Shown here piece by piece: positions 41,042 to 54,416 of a stretch of 64,000 bases of DNA. Source of the stretch: Eledone cirrhosa. Taxonomy: Eukaryota. The translations under genes and the position numbers were made by a program. The stretch spans positions 253,394,001 through 253,458,000 of the forward strand of contig OZ024742.1 of NCBI GenBank assembly GCA_964016885.1, written 5' to 3'. How positions within the stretch are numbered: the first letter of the stretch is position 1; the number at the start of each line of letters is the position of its first letter. The notes beneath the pieces are model-generated. The model made no database searches. It saw nothing but the letters and a program-made list of their open reading frames with translations, and was not told where the DNA came from.

Positions 41042-43895
41042 GGTGGTTGCCAACTCGTTTTCGAGTACGGCCACTACTTTATATCCATGTAGGAGAACCC
41101 CTACCAGTGCGCTGAATGAGTGTGACTTTTTAGTCCAGCCAGCGACTTCAAAACTCTGGTACAAACACTACACTTGTGACAATTATTGACACAGTGCTGG
41201 GCCCATGGTACCATGTGACGACAAGTGCAGAGAGATCTACAGATATAAAGCAATGCATACATTCATACATACATTCATACATACATTTACTTATCAATCT
41301 CTACCAGTAAGCTCTCAAGGGAGATGCACATATACCAGGGTGGTTGACATTAGCACAAACAATATTGGTCCACAAGAACAAAGACACCCACTCGGCAAAA
41401 AACTACCGATGTATAAATTGTATACAGCCTGCCTGAACCTATTTCTTCAAGATCACTGTCACAGTAATAACATCATCAAGCAGCTGGGAAGAAAGGTGTT
41501 TGGGTGTGTGCTGAACAACTCCTAATTAACAAAACTGATGTCAGAGGTGCAACAACTTAGGAGGAATATGGTTACAGTCTGACTGGACTACAGGAAAGCA
41601 TTTGATTCTGTTCCCCATTCTTGGATGATAGAAGCTCTCTGACTTGCTAAAATCCCAGACACTATTATCAGAGCCATAGAGAACCTATCTTCTTGGGCTA
41701 CTATACTGAAATTAAAAATAGGAAAGGAGGACTCTATTTTTACTGATAAAATAGAATATCACAAGGGTGTATTTCAAAGAGACAGTCTCGCTGTGCTAAT
41801 ATTTATTCTGTCATTAAGCCCCTTGTCCTTTCTGCACAAGAAATATGAAGGATACATAATTGGCTCACAGCAAAACAGAAATACAAACCTAACCATAATT
41901 TCTTTGTGGATGAACTGAAACTCTATGCCAAGAACATAAATGGGATAAAGAAAAATATTCACCTGGTTACAACATTCTCAAAGCATATAGGAATGGAGTT
42001 TGACCAAGAGAAATGTTCATATATGATTGTAAAGTGAGGAAAACTACAAGACAATCTAACAACATTTTTATCAATGGCCTAACTGTTTCACCAATATCTG
42101 ATGAGGACTGCTACAGATACCTAGGGATAGATGAGAATATATCCTATGATGGTATCTGTAACAAGGAACATGCAACTGGGGAATATTACACCAAATATTA
42201 CACCAAAAGGCGGTGGATTGGCAGTATCGGTAGAGTGTCAGACGCTATGCTTTGCAGCAAAGAGTTATGGCCCTTTATGATCTGAGTTCAAATTTCGCCG
42301 AGTTTAATTTGCCTTTCATCCTTACTGGGTCGATAAAATAAAGTACCAGTCACGCACTGGGGTCGATTTAATCGACTTTACCCTTCCCCAAAATTGCTGG
42401 CCTTGTGCCTATATAAGAAACCAATATTACACCAAATTAAGAAAAATATGGTCATCTGAAATCCCTGCACACAATAAAACAATGGTTCACAATGTGTTTG
42501 CTGTGCCTGTCCTAACACCAACGTTTGGAAAACTCGATTGGAAGATGGATGAAATCTAAGATATTGATATTAAAATACCCAAAATCCTAAACATCACCGG
42601 AAACTTCCACATCAACAGTGACATAGATTGCCTCTACTTGAAACGTAAGCAGGGAGGCAGAGGCCTAGCATCAATTCAGACAGCATTTGAATGTCAAATC
42701 ATATCCCTCCAACAACATCAATGAACCTCCAAGCGTAGGAGCCCATCTATTGAGTAAGTCTGTCTACACGAGACAGATAAGATCATGAGAGTTGGGAAGG
42801 AACTCCTTGAAAGATACTCCATGCATGATAATCAAAACTCACACCCAGGGAATTTGCCAAGCAATACTGCAGTGAATCTATGGATGAAAAACTGCATGCT
42901 TATCAGCAAAACATCATGCATGGACATGTTGCCAGGTGATTACAGGATGAGAGTAATATAGATAAGCAAAGTAGTCTATTTTGGACCAACAACCGCTATA
43001 TTGGCACTCACTTTGAAGGATATGCTTTTGCAATCCAAGAACAGGAAATCAATACAAAATACCTGATTCACAAAAGAGGATGCAGGCAAAACACCTAGAC
43101 GTGAAAACAAATGCAGACTCTGCAGAATTAACATCAAAGATGTCAGTCATTTCATTAGTAGCTGACCAAAGGTGTCATCACATTACTATCTACCTGTAAG
43201 GCATGACGTAGTGGCCAGAACACTATACAATGCAATCCATAGAAAAGATAGCCCTAACAAAAACATATTAAAAGTTCCAGCAATGTGGAAGACACATACA
43301 TACATAATATGAAAGAGTACTGGTGGAATGTTCAAGCCAAAACCCCAATAAAATGCAAACATAACAGACCAGATATAATGATACGGGACAGTGAAAATAA
43401 GGCATGCACAGTTGTAGAAGTATTCTGCCCAGCATATGCCAATATAATATTAAAGAGTAGCGAAAAGGAGAATATCTATTCAGAACTAATGAGGAATTTG
43501 CAGAAACTCCACCCTGACTATACCTTCAGATTTATACCTGTGATTATTGGGGCACTGGGATATCTTAGTAACTGCCGAAGTACAAATCTTGAGAAGCTAG
43601 GTTTCATAGAATCAGAAAGAACATGACTAGTTAGAAAATTACAAGTACAATCTATTAATTGAAGAGTAAAATTATGTAAAACATTCCAAAATTCTACATG
43701 TAATAACTGCATGTACACATGTACAGATACAAAACATATGCACATGAGCATAATAACATCCATACCATCAGACATGCATACATATCTACCTAGTTGATGT
43801 CTAAATTCCAATGAAAGTGTCTTGTGTCTATGTTAAAAACTGACTCTTTTTCTCTTTTGGTAAAAATTTATAAAATTATAAAACCAGAAGAACAA
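41042..43895 (+). mobile_element. Degraded R4-like RLE LINE (5' module, RT, CCHC, RLE) ending in (TACA)n
   Basis: LDYRKAFDSVPHSW, KGVFQRDSL, FFVDELKLY, YRYLGIDEN, AIQEQEI, CRLC, HNRPDIM. Many stops. Confidence 0.88.
42208..42422 (+). mobile_element. Full-length Nin/Deu-like SINE nested in LINE RT, 14-bp TSD
   Basis: aatattacaccaaa at 42194-42207 and 42423-42436. B-box gagttcaaat. Confidence 0.92.
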
Positions 43896-44027
43896 ATATA
43901 CATACGTACACACATACATGCATACATACATACTTGCCTACATGCATACATACATACATATACATAAATACATACATAGATACACACATACATACATACA
44001 TACATACATACATACATACATACATAC

Positions 44028-45795
44028 AGGGGTGAGAAGGAGAAAATTGAAACTGATACGATATACTATCAGAAAGGCATCTTTCAAGGTGATAGCTTAC
44101 CAGTGCTACTCTTCATCCTCTCACTAAACCCACTATGATACCTGCTCACAAAACAAAGTGTTCATAGAAGTGGGTCCAGAAGTATCCCCCACCCTTTTCT
44201 TTGTTGATGACCTGAAGTTGTATGGGCCATTTACCAATTATATAAAAAATCAATTGGACCTCATTACACAATTTTCTGCAGACATCAGAATGAAATTTAG
44301 TGAGTCCAAATGTACATATTTGACAGTAAAACGTGGAAAGATTGTGTCCTTCTCTGAAAATCTAGAGATGAACAGCCTGACAATACAATCTCTACAGTCA
44401 GGTGACAATTACTACAGATATCTTAGACAGGATGAGAATGTCAGATAAGATGGACCCATAAATAAGGAGAGAACCAGAACTGAATACCTCAGGAGAGTAA
44501 AGAAAATATGGTCATTAGAACTCTCAGCATGCAACAAGTACATTGCTCACAATACTTTTGCTGTGCCAATCCTAACACTAACACTTGGCCTGCTGAACTG
44601 GTCATTGCAAGAACTAAGTGAGGCAGATGAAAGAACTTGCAAGCTGCTCAGTGTTACTGGAAACTTTAACATCAATGTTGATGTGGATAGGCTATACTTC
44701 TCATGCAAGGAAGGTGGCTGGGGTCTAACATCCATATTGTCATATGAAACTTAGCTAGTAACACTGAAGTAACATCTTCAACAGTAGAAAAAGGACAGCA
44801 ACCATCTTGCCAAGGTTTATGAGCATGAAGGTAATAATATCATTAGAATAGTCACTGATCTGGAGGAGAGACATGGCATAAGGCCTGATATAAATTTCTC
44901 TCCTTGGAACATTGGAAGATCCTATTCAATGCTTGAACAAGATAAAAATAAATTGGCCAACTCCCTGAGAAAGTTGTGCATGGGAACCTGAGACGAAAAA
45001 CACAGACCATAGAGTGAATAAATCATTCAAAAAGACTGGCATAGAGGTCTGACAAGTTTATGACATCTCACCTTAAAGGATATCTCTATGCAATACAGGA
45101 ACAAGAAATCCCAACTAAATATCTACTACACAAACGAGGAGGGCCATCAGTCGACAATAAATGTAGGCTATGTAAAATAGAGATCGAAGATGTAAGCCAC
45201 ATTGTTGCCAACTGGGAAAGAATGTTGTCTTGTTACTACCTCCTATGAGACATGATACAATAGCTAGAACCATCTGGAACACACTAAGTAAAACAAAATT
45301 AAAAACAAGTGAGGAGGAGTATGTCGAGATAGATAGAAATAAAAAAATACTGGTGGAACCTGAAAATAAAAAACTGCCACCAAATTAAAGGTCAACCAGC
45401 CTGATATTGTTGTTTGGGACCACACATTGAAAACATGCTCACTTGATATCAACGTTGTAAGAAAAATACAAGAGAATGAGGACATCTACGGACCATTAAT
45501 GAGGAGGTTGCATATCCAGTATCCAAGATATACCTTCAGCTTCATACCCATTATTACTGGAACTACAGGCTATATACCAACCTGCTTGGACACCAAAGTA
45601 TAACTGAACTTGGATTTGTTGACAAAGAGCGCAACTCCCTAATTTATAGATTTCAAATGGCTGTGATAGCTGGCACCTTCAAAATTTGCAAAACATTCTT
45701 GTGATTCAAGAGATGGCACTTTCTTTTCTTTTACAACCTTGCCACCAGGAAGGTGGCCAGTCAAAAATGTACTTGAAATAAGAGAATGAGAAAAA
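44028..45795 (+). mobile_element. 5'-truncated R4-like RLE LINE, second family, in (TACA)n
   Basis: KGIFQGDSL, FFVDDLKLYG, YLYAIQEQEI, CRLC, PDIVVWD. Confidence 0.88.
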
Positions 45796-45869
45796 CATAC
45801 ATTCATACATAGATATATAAATACATAATTTTACCATATATATATTCTAAGGATGATTTCTTACTTCTT

Positions 45870-48253
45870 ATGATACAAAAAACCAACCAATTTATCAGAA
45901 GAATCAGATGGAGGGCCTACCACTTCGATAAAAAAACAAAATGTATTGATAGGAAATATTTGTATGATTTCACTACATATAAAAATCCACCACACAACTC
46001 CTTACTTGAAAACTTTGAGAAAGACCTTTTTAATTTAATCAAACACCTCAAATTTAAGAGGTATAAATCTAATTTTCAAAAGGACCTTGATTCTACCCTA
46101 TTGGACCTAAAAAAATTAAAAAAAATCCATGTCCACTCGGATAAAACTGGAAATCTATATCACATGGATATTGAAAATTACAATGAGTTCATATATAAAG
46201 AACTCAGGAAAAATTATAGAAAAACAAATAATGCGTCACTTACCAACATCAACAACAAAACACACAGCATAGTGAATAGACTTAATATTGAAGATAGAAC
46301 TGAACCTTTGGCATTGAAAAGACCACACTTCAACCTGAAAGATCATAAATCTAACTTTAACTCTAATCCTTCTATAAGGCTTATATGCCCTTCCAAATCT
46401 GATATTGGAATAATTAGTAAAAAATTTTTTAGATAGAGTCATCCCACAACTAAGAAAACATGTTAATTTACCACTCTGGGAAAACACATCCCAGGTAATT
46501 AACTGGTTTAATAATATTAGAAATAAATCCTCTGCTTCATTTCTACAATTTGATATAGATAATTATTATTATTCTATATCACCTATACTCCTGAACAAAG
46601 CCTTGATATTTGCTAAAAATAGATCTAACTTAACTTTGGATGACATTAATATTATTACACATGCTAGACTAACACTATTGGAATTTCAGAATGAATACTG
46701 GACCAGAAACACATATAGTAATCTATTCGATATTACTATGGGCTCAAGCGATTCTGCCCAAATTACTGATCTTGTGGGCCTCTTTCTTCTTTTTAACATA
46801 AATGCTTCTTTTCCCCACCTTAAAGGTGGTTTATATCGTGACGACTGTCTTCTTCTTTCCAATAACCTTAGCCTCTTAGAGATAGAAAAAAATAAAAAGC
46901 TTATTAGAACTTTCCTCAAAGACTATTATAGTCTAGATATTACATTTGAAAACACAAGTAAAGTAGTTAATTTCCTAGATATAACATTAGACTTATCTAC
47001 GGGTATCTACCAATCTTACCATAAACCCAACCAAAATTTACACTACATACACTCACAATCTAATCACCCTAAATCTATCCTTAAAAACCTTGCATATAAT
47101 ATATCACTTAGAATTTCTAACCTTTCGTCTAACCAAGATGTATTTGATAAAAATGCGACCTTTTATAACGAAGCTCTAGCTAGAAGTGGCCACAAAAATA
47201 GATTAGTATATATACCTTCTACCAATAACACTACAAACATACAACCTAATATTACCAACAAACACCAAATGAAACATACACACCTAAATGCCACTCACAC
47301 TATACCCCAAAACACCAACATAAAACCAAATTTCTCTAACTCTTCTAATATACAGTATAGTAACTCTCAAAAAACTACTCATCCTACAATTCTAATAAAT
47401 GTTAATAATAAAACTCCTAATAAACAAGCTAAAACACCTAAATCAATAAATCTAACTAAAAATGTGTGTGGTGAGGTCATTAACAATAATTCTCTTAATA
47501 AACATCAGGATGCATCCTATAAAAACAATAAACAACATCGAAACCGTAATAGACGATTTACTTGGTACAATGCTCCATTTAATTTACAAATTAAGGATAA
47601 TATACCTAAAAAATTCTTTAATATCCTAGAGAAAAACTTCCCGCCAAACCACAAATACCATCAAATCTTAAATAGATCAACGGTTAAATTCTCCTACTCA
47701 ACAACCAAAAACATAAAACAAAATATAAGTGCCTATAATGCATATAAATGTAAAAAAAACCATGAGTATACCACCAGTACATCAAACTAACCATAATATC
47801 TCCTCAGATACAGGATTCACGAAAAGTTGTAACTGTAGAAACAAGGCAAACTGTCCATTAAAAGGAAATTGCCTTGTTAACAACATAGTATATAAATGTA
47901 AAGTTAACACTAAGGACTCAATTTATTCATATATAGGAGCTACCTCTAACAAATTTAAGGTAAGATTTAATACCCACAAACATAGCTTTAAAAATGCCGC
48001 ACTAGCTAATACAACATCTCTAGCTGAAATAATAAATAGTTATAGAAAGAGGAATATAGAATATGACCTGACCTGGAGTGTGCTCAAAAGGGCCACCCCT
48101 TATCAAAATAGTAGAAATGAATGTAGATTATGTTCCCAAGAACTTTTTGAAATAATGAAATCTAAGGATATCCTATTAAATAAGCGACAGGAATTAATAA
48201 TATCGTGTAATCATAAACTGAGAAAAACCTTTAAATATTATAAACCTAATTAA
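45870..48253 (+). pseudogene. PLE reverse transcriptase and GIY-YIG endonuclease, two homopolymer frameshifts (~46430, ~47755)
   Basis: FIRRIRWRA, SDKTGNLY, RLICPSKSDIG, FDIDNYY, MGSSDSAQ, GLYRDD, VNFLDITLDL, SNHP, WYNAPF, CNCR..CPLKGNC, YIGAT, CRLC, SCNH. Confidence 0.92.
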
Positions 48254-48686
48254 TATACACTTTAGAAATTAATTTATAAATTATTTTTTTAATTTAGTTA
48301 ACCTATAATTAATATTCTACTACTGATGAACTACATAATTCTGCTTTAAAAATTATAAACCTAATTAATATACACTTTTGAAATTAATATATAAACTATT
48401 TTTAATTTAGTTAACCTATAATTAATATTCTACTACTGATGAACTACATAATTTTGCTTTCCTTCTTACAAATATCATTTCCTAAAACTGATACCATTAA
48501 GTAAACATATAATGCTTTAACTTCAGGTTATGACTCTATGTTCCTTGAAAACTATATATATTTACTATTTCTCACTAATAAATTTAATCACCTCCCCCCC
48601 ACCAATAATTATATGTATATATAAGTGTATATGTGTGTGTAAATGTATGTGTATGTATGTATATATGCATGTATATGTCTATGAAT

Positions 48687-48720
<34 letters not shown>

Positions 48721-49455
48721 ATATATATGTATATGTATATATATATATGTGTGTATGTGTGTGTGTGTATGTGTATATATATGTATATATATATATGTAT
48801 GAGTATATATATATATATATTATTTTTATATTCTTTTAATTTCCCCTCATCTTTAACAGCACTTTTCAACTGCATCTAACTCTTATTTATCATATCTATA
48901 TGTATTAGTATAATTTTATCAATATAAATATACCCATCAATTAAATTAATTTATATTCTTTTCATAGATGTATTTTTTTCACTAACATTCTTATCTTAAA
49001 ACCTTAGTCACCTTAGATATTTGTATTGGCATTACTATTTTATAACAGCAACTGCTTGTATACCTTTTACTGACCACCTGACCTATTTTCACCCCTAAAA
49101 TAAGCTTCAATTACTACTATTTTACCATTTGGCCAATTATTAACTTTCTATTGGTTAATTCTAAACCTCTTACCAAACAGACAGAATATATTAGATCTTT
49201 GTTGGTTTTATTCAATGAAAAAATAAAATTATTTCTGAGGTCAGCATAAGACCTATTTCTTCCCTAAAATAATCCTTCATTCATAATATTCTTTTCCATC
49301 CAAAACTGAAATCTACCTTCCTCTACCCATAATTTAAGGTTCTTCTACTACTATATTACTATCCTGACCCTCACTATCTCTCTATTGGTCAATTCAAAAC
49401 CTGTTCCCAAACAGACCTATTGTATTGAATCTTTGTTTTTTTCAATAAACAAATA

Positions 49456-49597
49456 TCATTATTTCTGAAGACAGCATATATATGTGTAGGTATGTATATT
49501 CCCTCTGATAGTTTGTATAAATATTGTACATAGATCTATAGAATATGCATACCAACTCTAACACATATATATCCTAGAAACGATCGTAAAATGATGA
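49456..49597 (+). ncRNA. Hammerhead ribozyme with ~105-nt stem II
   Basis: tcattattt CTGAAGA..atatatatgtgt..ggtatgtatattc / gaatatgcatacc..acacatatatat..GAAA cgatcg TA aaatgatga. The base of stem II is mismatched. Confidence 0.65.
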
Positions 49598-49646
49598 ATT
49601 TTTTTAATATAAGGAACTGTTTCTTTGTTTATTCATTATTTTATTA

Positions 49647-49681
<35 letters not shown>

Positions 49682-49949
49682 TGGGTGAGTATTGAGAACT
49701 GACCTCAGGTAACACAATACGTTTATATAGAAGTAACTTTTACAAGATTAGAACTCTCTCATTCATATGAAATTATCAGGAAAGTCTTTCGTGATGATTT
49801 CAAACAAATGAAACAGATATATATATACTACAAACTTATTGTCTTTTTGAGTGAGTGGTTCATGACCGGAGATCGCCGAAATATATATGCATATATATGT
49901 ATGTGTGGATATATATATAACAAACATGCATAAATTTGAATATAAATAT

Positions 49950-50311
49950 CTTACTCCACGACTCCAAACTTTTCACATAACATCACAGCTTCAAATTTAG
50001 CTAAATTACTTAGCAGTAGTAACACGTGCAACCCTGTAGTTAGTACTAACTGTAATTGTAGGCATCGGGTTGACTGCCCTCTATCCGGGAAATGCCTCTC
50101 CAGCAACATTGTCTACAAATGTAAGGTCGAAACATCCACGTCTAGTAGGGCCTACATAGGGTTAACCGCCAATAGATTCAAGCAGCGTCTTTACATGCAC
50201 ACCCATTCTTTTCTTAACCCTTTAAGAAGGAATATGACGTCACTTTCAGCTTATATCTGAAGTCTAAAAGACAAACACAACCAATATAGGTTACACTAGA
50301 TCGTATAACTG

Positions 50312-50345
<34 letters not shown>

Positions 50346-50566
50346 TAAAATTATGTATGTATATATCTATGTATGAATGTATGAATGTATGTTTTTCTCA
50401 TTCTCTTATTTTAAGACCATGCGATCTTTGCACCACTGAAGCCCTAGAAATACTCTACGACAATGATCACATATTAAACAAAAAATCTGAGGCAATTTCG
50501 GCTTGTAAACACAAACTGCATAAAACTTTCCTGTATTACAGCCCCACATTATACCCTAACGGATAG
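49950..50566 (+). mobile_element. Degraded PLE GIY-YIG fragment interrupted by (TA)n
   Basis: CNCRHRVDCPLSGKCL..VYKC..AYIGLT..FKQR..H..SF, then CDLCTTEA..NKKSEAISACKH. Confidence 0.85.
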
Positions 50567-51246
50567 TACGAACAATACGCGGATAATTTACGTCTTGATG
50601 TGGTAGCTAAGTATATTTTATGTTTATACCATGACTTATTTGTATAAGTAAGTATACCTTACCCGTATGTTTTGTGGAGGTACGTATACTTTCTCGTACG
50701 TATATATGCTTGTATTTGTTATAGGCGTATATATTATATATACAGGTATGTGTGTATATGGTTATGTGTATATGTGTATTTCGTGTTTGTGCGTGTATAT
50801 TTGTATGCATGGATGCGTGTTTGCACGTATGTAAGGTGTGTATATTTGTACTTCGGGTTTGGGTATATGTACTTTGGTGAACATATGTGTATTTACCTGT
50901 AGGTATGTGTGCGTGTGCGTTATATACGTATAATGTGTATATATTTATATACGTTTATACACATATATATTTTTATATGTGTATTTGGTTTATACGTTCG
51001 TATGTGTGCGGGTACATGTGTCGCGCGGGCTTATGCACTTGTGCGCATGTTTATGTGTACGTGCATGTATATGCATGTATGGCGTGTGTGTTCGCGTATG
51101 CACGTGTATGTATGCATATAGATGTGCGTATGTATATATTTAATTATTATTACTTTTAATAACCTCTGTCATTTTCGTTCAACTAATTTATTTACATTAT
51201 TCTTAACTCCGAAGCCGAGAATCATTCGGTTTCCTAATAGAATATT

Positions 51247-51358
51247 TGTTTCTACTTTTGGCACAAGGCCAGCAATTATCCCAGTGTATTACTGGTACTT
51301 TATTTTATCGACCCCGTAAGGATGAAAGGCAAAGTTAACCTCGGCGGGATTTGAACTC
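51247..51358 (-). mobile_element. Truncated Nin/Deu-like SINE with TSD aatagaatatt
   Basis: Family consensus match. aatagaatatt at 51236 and 51359. Confidence 0.88.
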
Positions 51359-51742
51359 AATAGAATATTAGTCTAATGACTCAAGTTATACCATAAACGT
51401 GGTTTTGTCTTTGCGTGTATTTGTTCTCACCGCTCCACATAACGGTGTATTATCTTCGCTTTTTTCCGTTCTTTGCCAGGGAACATCTTCACGAACCAAA
51501 GTATCGTCTTCCTGTTTTCCTTCGGTTGCAATGTTTTTCGAAATATTTACTTCTGCATTCACAGATTGATTTCTTTTAGTTTTAGAAGATCCCGTTAAGG
51601 GTGAAAGCAGGGATTCTTTGCTTAAACTTCAACCTTTTATTTTAATAAATATTTGCTCTAGGGTTCTTATATATTTGATATATATTTGTCCTTATCGAGC
51701 CCCCTTTGAATTTTAGCCTTCACATTTATTATTATTAATATA

Positions 51743-51790
<48 letters not shown>

Positions 51791-51797
<7 letters not shown>

Positions 51798-52606
51798 AAT
51801 TAGTATATCTAGTAACATATATATATACACACAGATGCATACTTATGCTAGCAAATATATAGGTTTTGTCTTAGTAACTTTGTGGTTCAATGCATGGGGT
51901 TGCAGAACAATAATATGAGAGACGTAAAATAAGAAAATTATAAAATTAACTTACTTACTAAAATTTCACTCCCAACTAATTAGTTTCTGAAAGGGAATAA
52001 ACGTACTATGTTTATTCCCTTTCAGAAACTAATTAGTAAATTTTAGTAAGTAAGTTAATTTTATAATTTTCTTATTTTACGTCTCTCATATTATTGTTCT
52101 GCAACCCCATGCATTGAACCACAAAGTTACTGAGACAAAACCTATATATTTGCTAGCATAAGTATGCATCTGTGTGTATATATATGTTACTAGATATACT
52201 AATTCTTTATAATTATCTCCAAATTATTTGTCGAGCAAAATTGGCCAAGATTGCTGCTATGGTAACAGTCAGGCTGCTGTCTTCTTAACAAACCACTTTC
52301 CACTGATTGACCTCGATGTCACGTGATTGATTCTTTTGAATTTGCCACCGACGCAGTAGGCAGTGATTTTCTCAATGGCTAGGAATTTAGTCCACGCTTT
52401 GCTTTTTTCCATCCACTAAATTATTTTTGTATAAGTTCCCTGTGTCCACGTATTGCCTGGAAACTGAGCTGAGAATAGACTTCCCTGGTGACGAAAGGCT
52501 TCTCTGTACACTTCTTCGGAAAGTATGTTTATTCCCTTTCAGAAACTAATTAGTTGGGAGTGAAATTTTAGTAAGTAAGTTAATTTTATAATTTTCTTAT
52601 TTTACG

Positions 52607-52615
<9 letters not shown>
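51791..52615. mobile_element. Non-coding module: ~210-bp-arm palindrome plus ~520-bp unit with partial tandem repeat
   Basis: 51791-52002 inverted at 52009-52211, and 52007-52090 repeated at 52524-52615. (TA)n on both sides. Confidence 0.8.
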
Positions 52616-52664
<49 letters not shown>

Positions 52665-53799
52665 ATAATAATAAATGTGTATTTTGTATGTATGTGTGTG
52701 TATGTATATATATATATGTATGTATATATGTGTGTGTATGTGTATATATATGCATATAAGGTTGTGCGTAGGTATTTGTGCGCGCGTATGTGTATGTATA
52801 TGTGTATGTTTGCGTGGGTCGTGCCTGTCGGACCGGATATATGGCGCGACTTAACCAGGCGCTTATAGGCTTGTGGCGGTCGGTATCTAGAAGTGGGTGT
52901 GCCTGGGTCTGTGGAAGAGAGGGAGAGTGTGTGTGTGTATATATATACATATATGTATGGATGCATGTGTCTGTGTCTGCCTGTGTCTGTATATGTGTGT
53001 GTGTATATGTATGTGTGGGTACATACCCTGGAGTGTGAACAGACGTGTGAGATACCGAACCCAGCATGACTCCATAGAAGTGTGTCGGACGGAAAATGGC
53101 TGATGACCCGTGTAGCAGTAAATAGTGACCAGAACTTAAGATGACGTGGGGTAACAACAGCCAATGGCATGACAAGAGTGGAAGAGGTTTTTTGAATGTG
53201 TTTTTTTGATGATAACCCCCAGTAATAAAATTTGCTACGAACGAACTACACGTCTCTGAAGGAACCTGCAGCCGTAGAATCAGCCAGATCCATACAGGGA
53301 CCATGGCTCGAGTTACCTGCCGGCGAAACAATTGCAACACGCAATAAATTGAGTCCAGGTGCATCACTGATTTTTCGTTTTTATATACTATATATATATA
53401 TTGTTATACTTGTGGAGGGTCATATTGTTGTAATAATATTTCCAGAATTAATAACAGAACACACTCACTGTTTGGTTGGTTTTCGCTACTGTATCTTTTA
53501 TATCAGTTAATCCATTCGGTCCTCAATGTTTACCATTGACTGACCAACGGTCAAAAATACAGATATAATATAGATATAAACACATATATATAGTCTAACA
53601 AAGTTCTTTCGTTGCACATCTGCAACATCGTCAGTGGTGCTATTACGTTCCTCCTGTTGTATTGTACATCTACGCCATCTTTATTTTATGTTTATTTATG
53701 TATGCTTGTATATATGCATGTAAGTATGTGTTTGTATGTATGTGTGTATGTACATGTACATGTGTATGTGTGTATGTATGTGTGTGTATGTATGAACGT

Positions 53800-54250
53800 A
53801 TATTCTGGGTATTTTATTTCATAAATTTCACCAATAGAAACAAAACTCTTTCATTGGAATTTAGACACCAACTAGGTAAATACGTATATATATGCCTGTA
53901 TATGCATATGTATTTGCATGTGTGCATGTGTGTGCATGTATGGATGTTATTACACGAGTGGATCTGTATATTTTGAGTTATATGAGTACATATGCATATG
54001 TTTCTGTAAGCACACATGTGTATATGCAATTATTACATGCTGAATTTCTTTAATGTTTTACATATTTTCACAGTTCCATTAATGGGCTGTACTTGCAACT
54101 TCTGAACAAGCTATTCTTTATCTGGTTCTGTGAAGCCCAGCTTTTCAAGATTTTGTAGACACATTTAGTAACATATCCAAGTGTTCCAATGATCAGAAGT
54201 ACAAATCCAGAAGTACAAAAGTAGTCAATATTTGCAGGTTTCTCATTTGT
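53800..54250 (-). mobile_element. R4-like RLE LINE 3' fragment
   Basis: Homologous to the 22645 and 23790 copies (cattggaatttagac, ttcacagttccattaatg). Adjacent to (TATG)n-like repeats. Confidence 0.8.
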
Positions 54251-54297
54251 TTGTCATTAATGTTCTCTAATTTTCAACACTATATTAACATATATGT

Positions 54298-54416
54298 GAA
54301 GACAATTGGCTTAGTGGTTATAGAGTTGAATTCCCAATTGTGAGATTGTGAGTTCAATTCTCGGACCACGTGATGCATTGTGTTCTTGAGCAAGACACTT
54401 TATTTCACATTGCTCC
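54298..54416 (+). mobile_element. tRNA-derived SINE head
   Basis: tggcttagtggtt..gagttcaattctc..cttgagcaagacactttatttcacattgctcc. Confidence 0.82.

Larger units (their letters stand above)
45825..49650 (+). mobile_element. Near full-length Penelope-like element (probably Naiad clade)
   Basis: RT-GIY-YIG polyprotein, ~1.3-kb AT-rich 3' region and terminal HHR, ending in (TA)n. Confidence 0.92.

Noticed and set aside
48236-48460. Tandem ~116-bp duplication containing CTGATGA twice
   Set aside because: No paired stem II/GAAA follows. It is a simple 3'UTR duplication, not a ribozyme.
50258-50260. In-frame TGA in a PLE GIY-YIG as possible selenocysteine (known in some Naiads)
   Set aside because: It falls at a Trp position, a TAG follows at another Trp, the conserved Cys codons are intact, and I recognised no SECIS.
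49860-51620. Further HHR-like strings at ~49860-49890 and ~51582-51620
   Set aside because: The core is altered and there is no convincing stem I; chance matches cannot be excluded.
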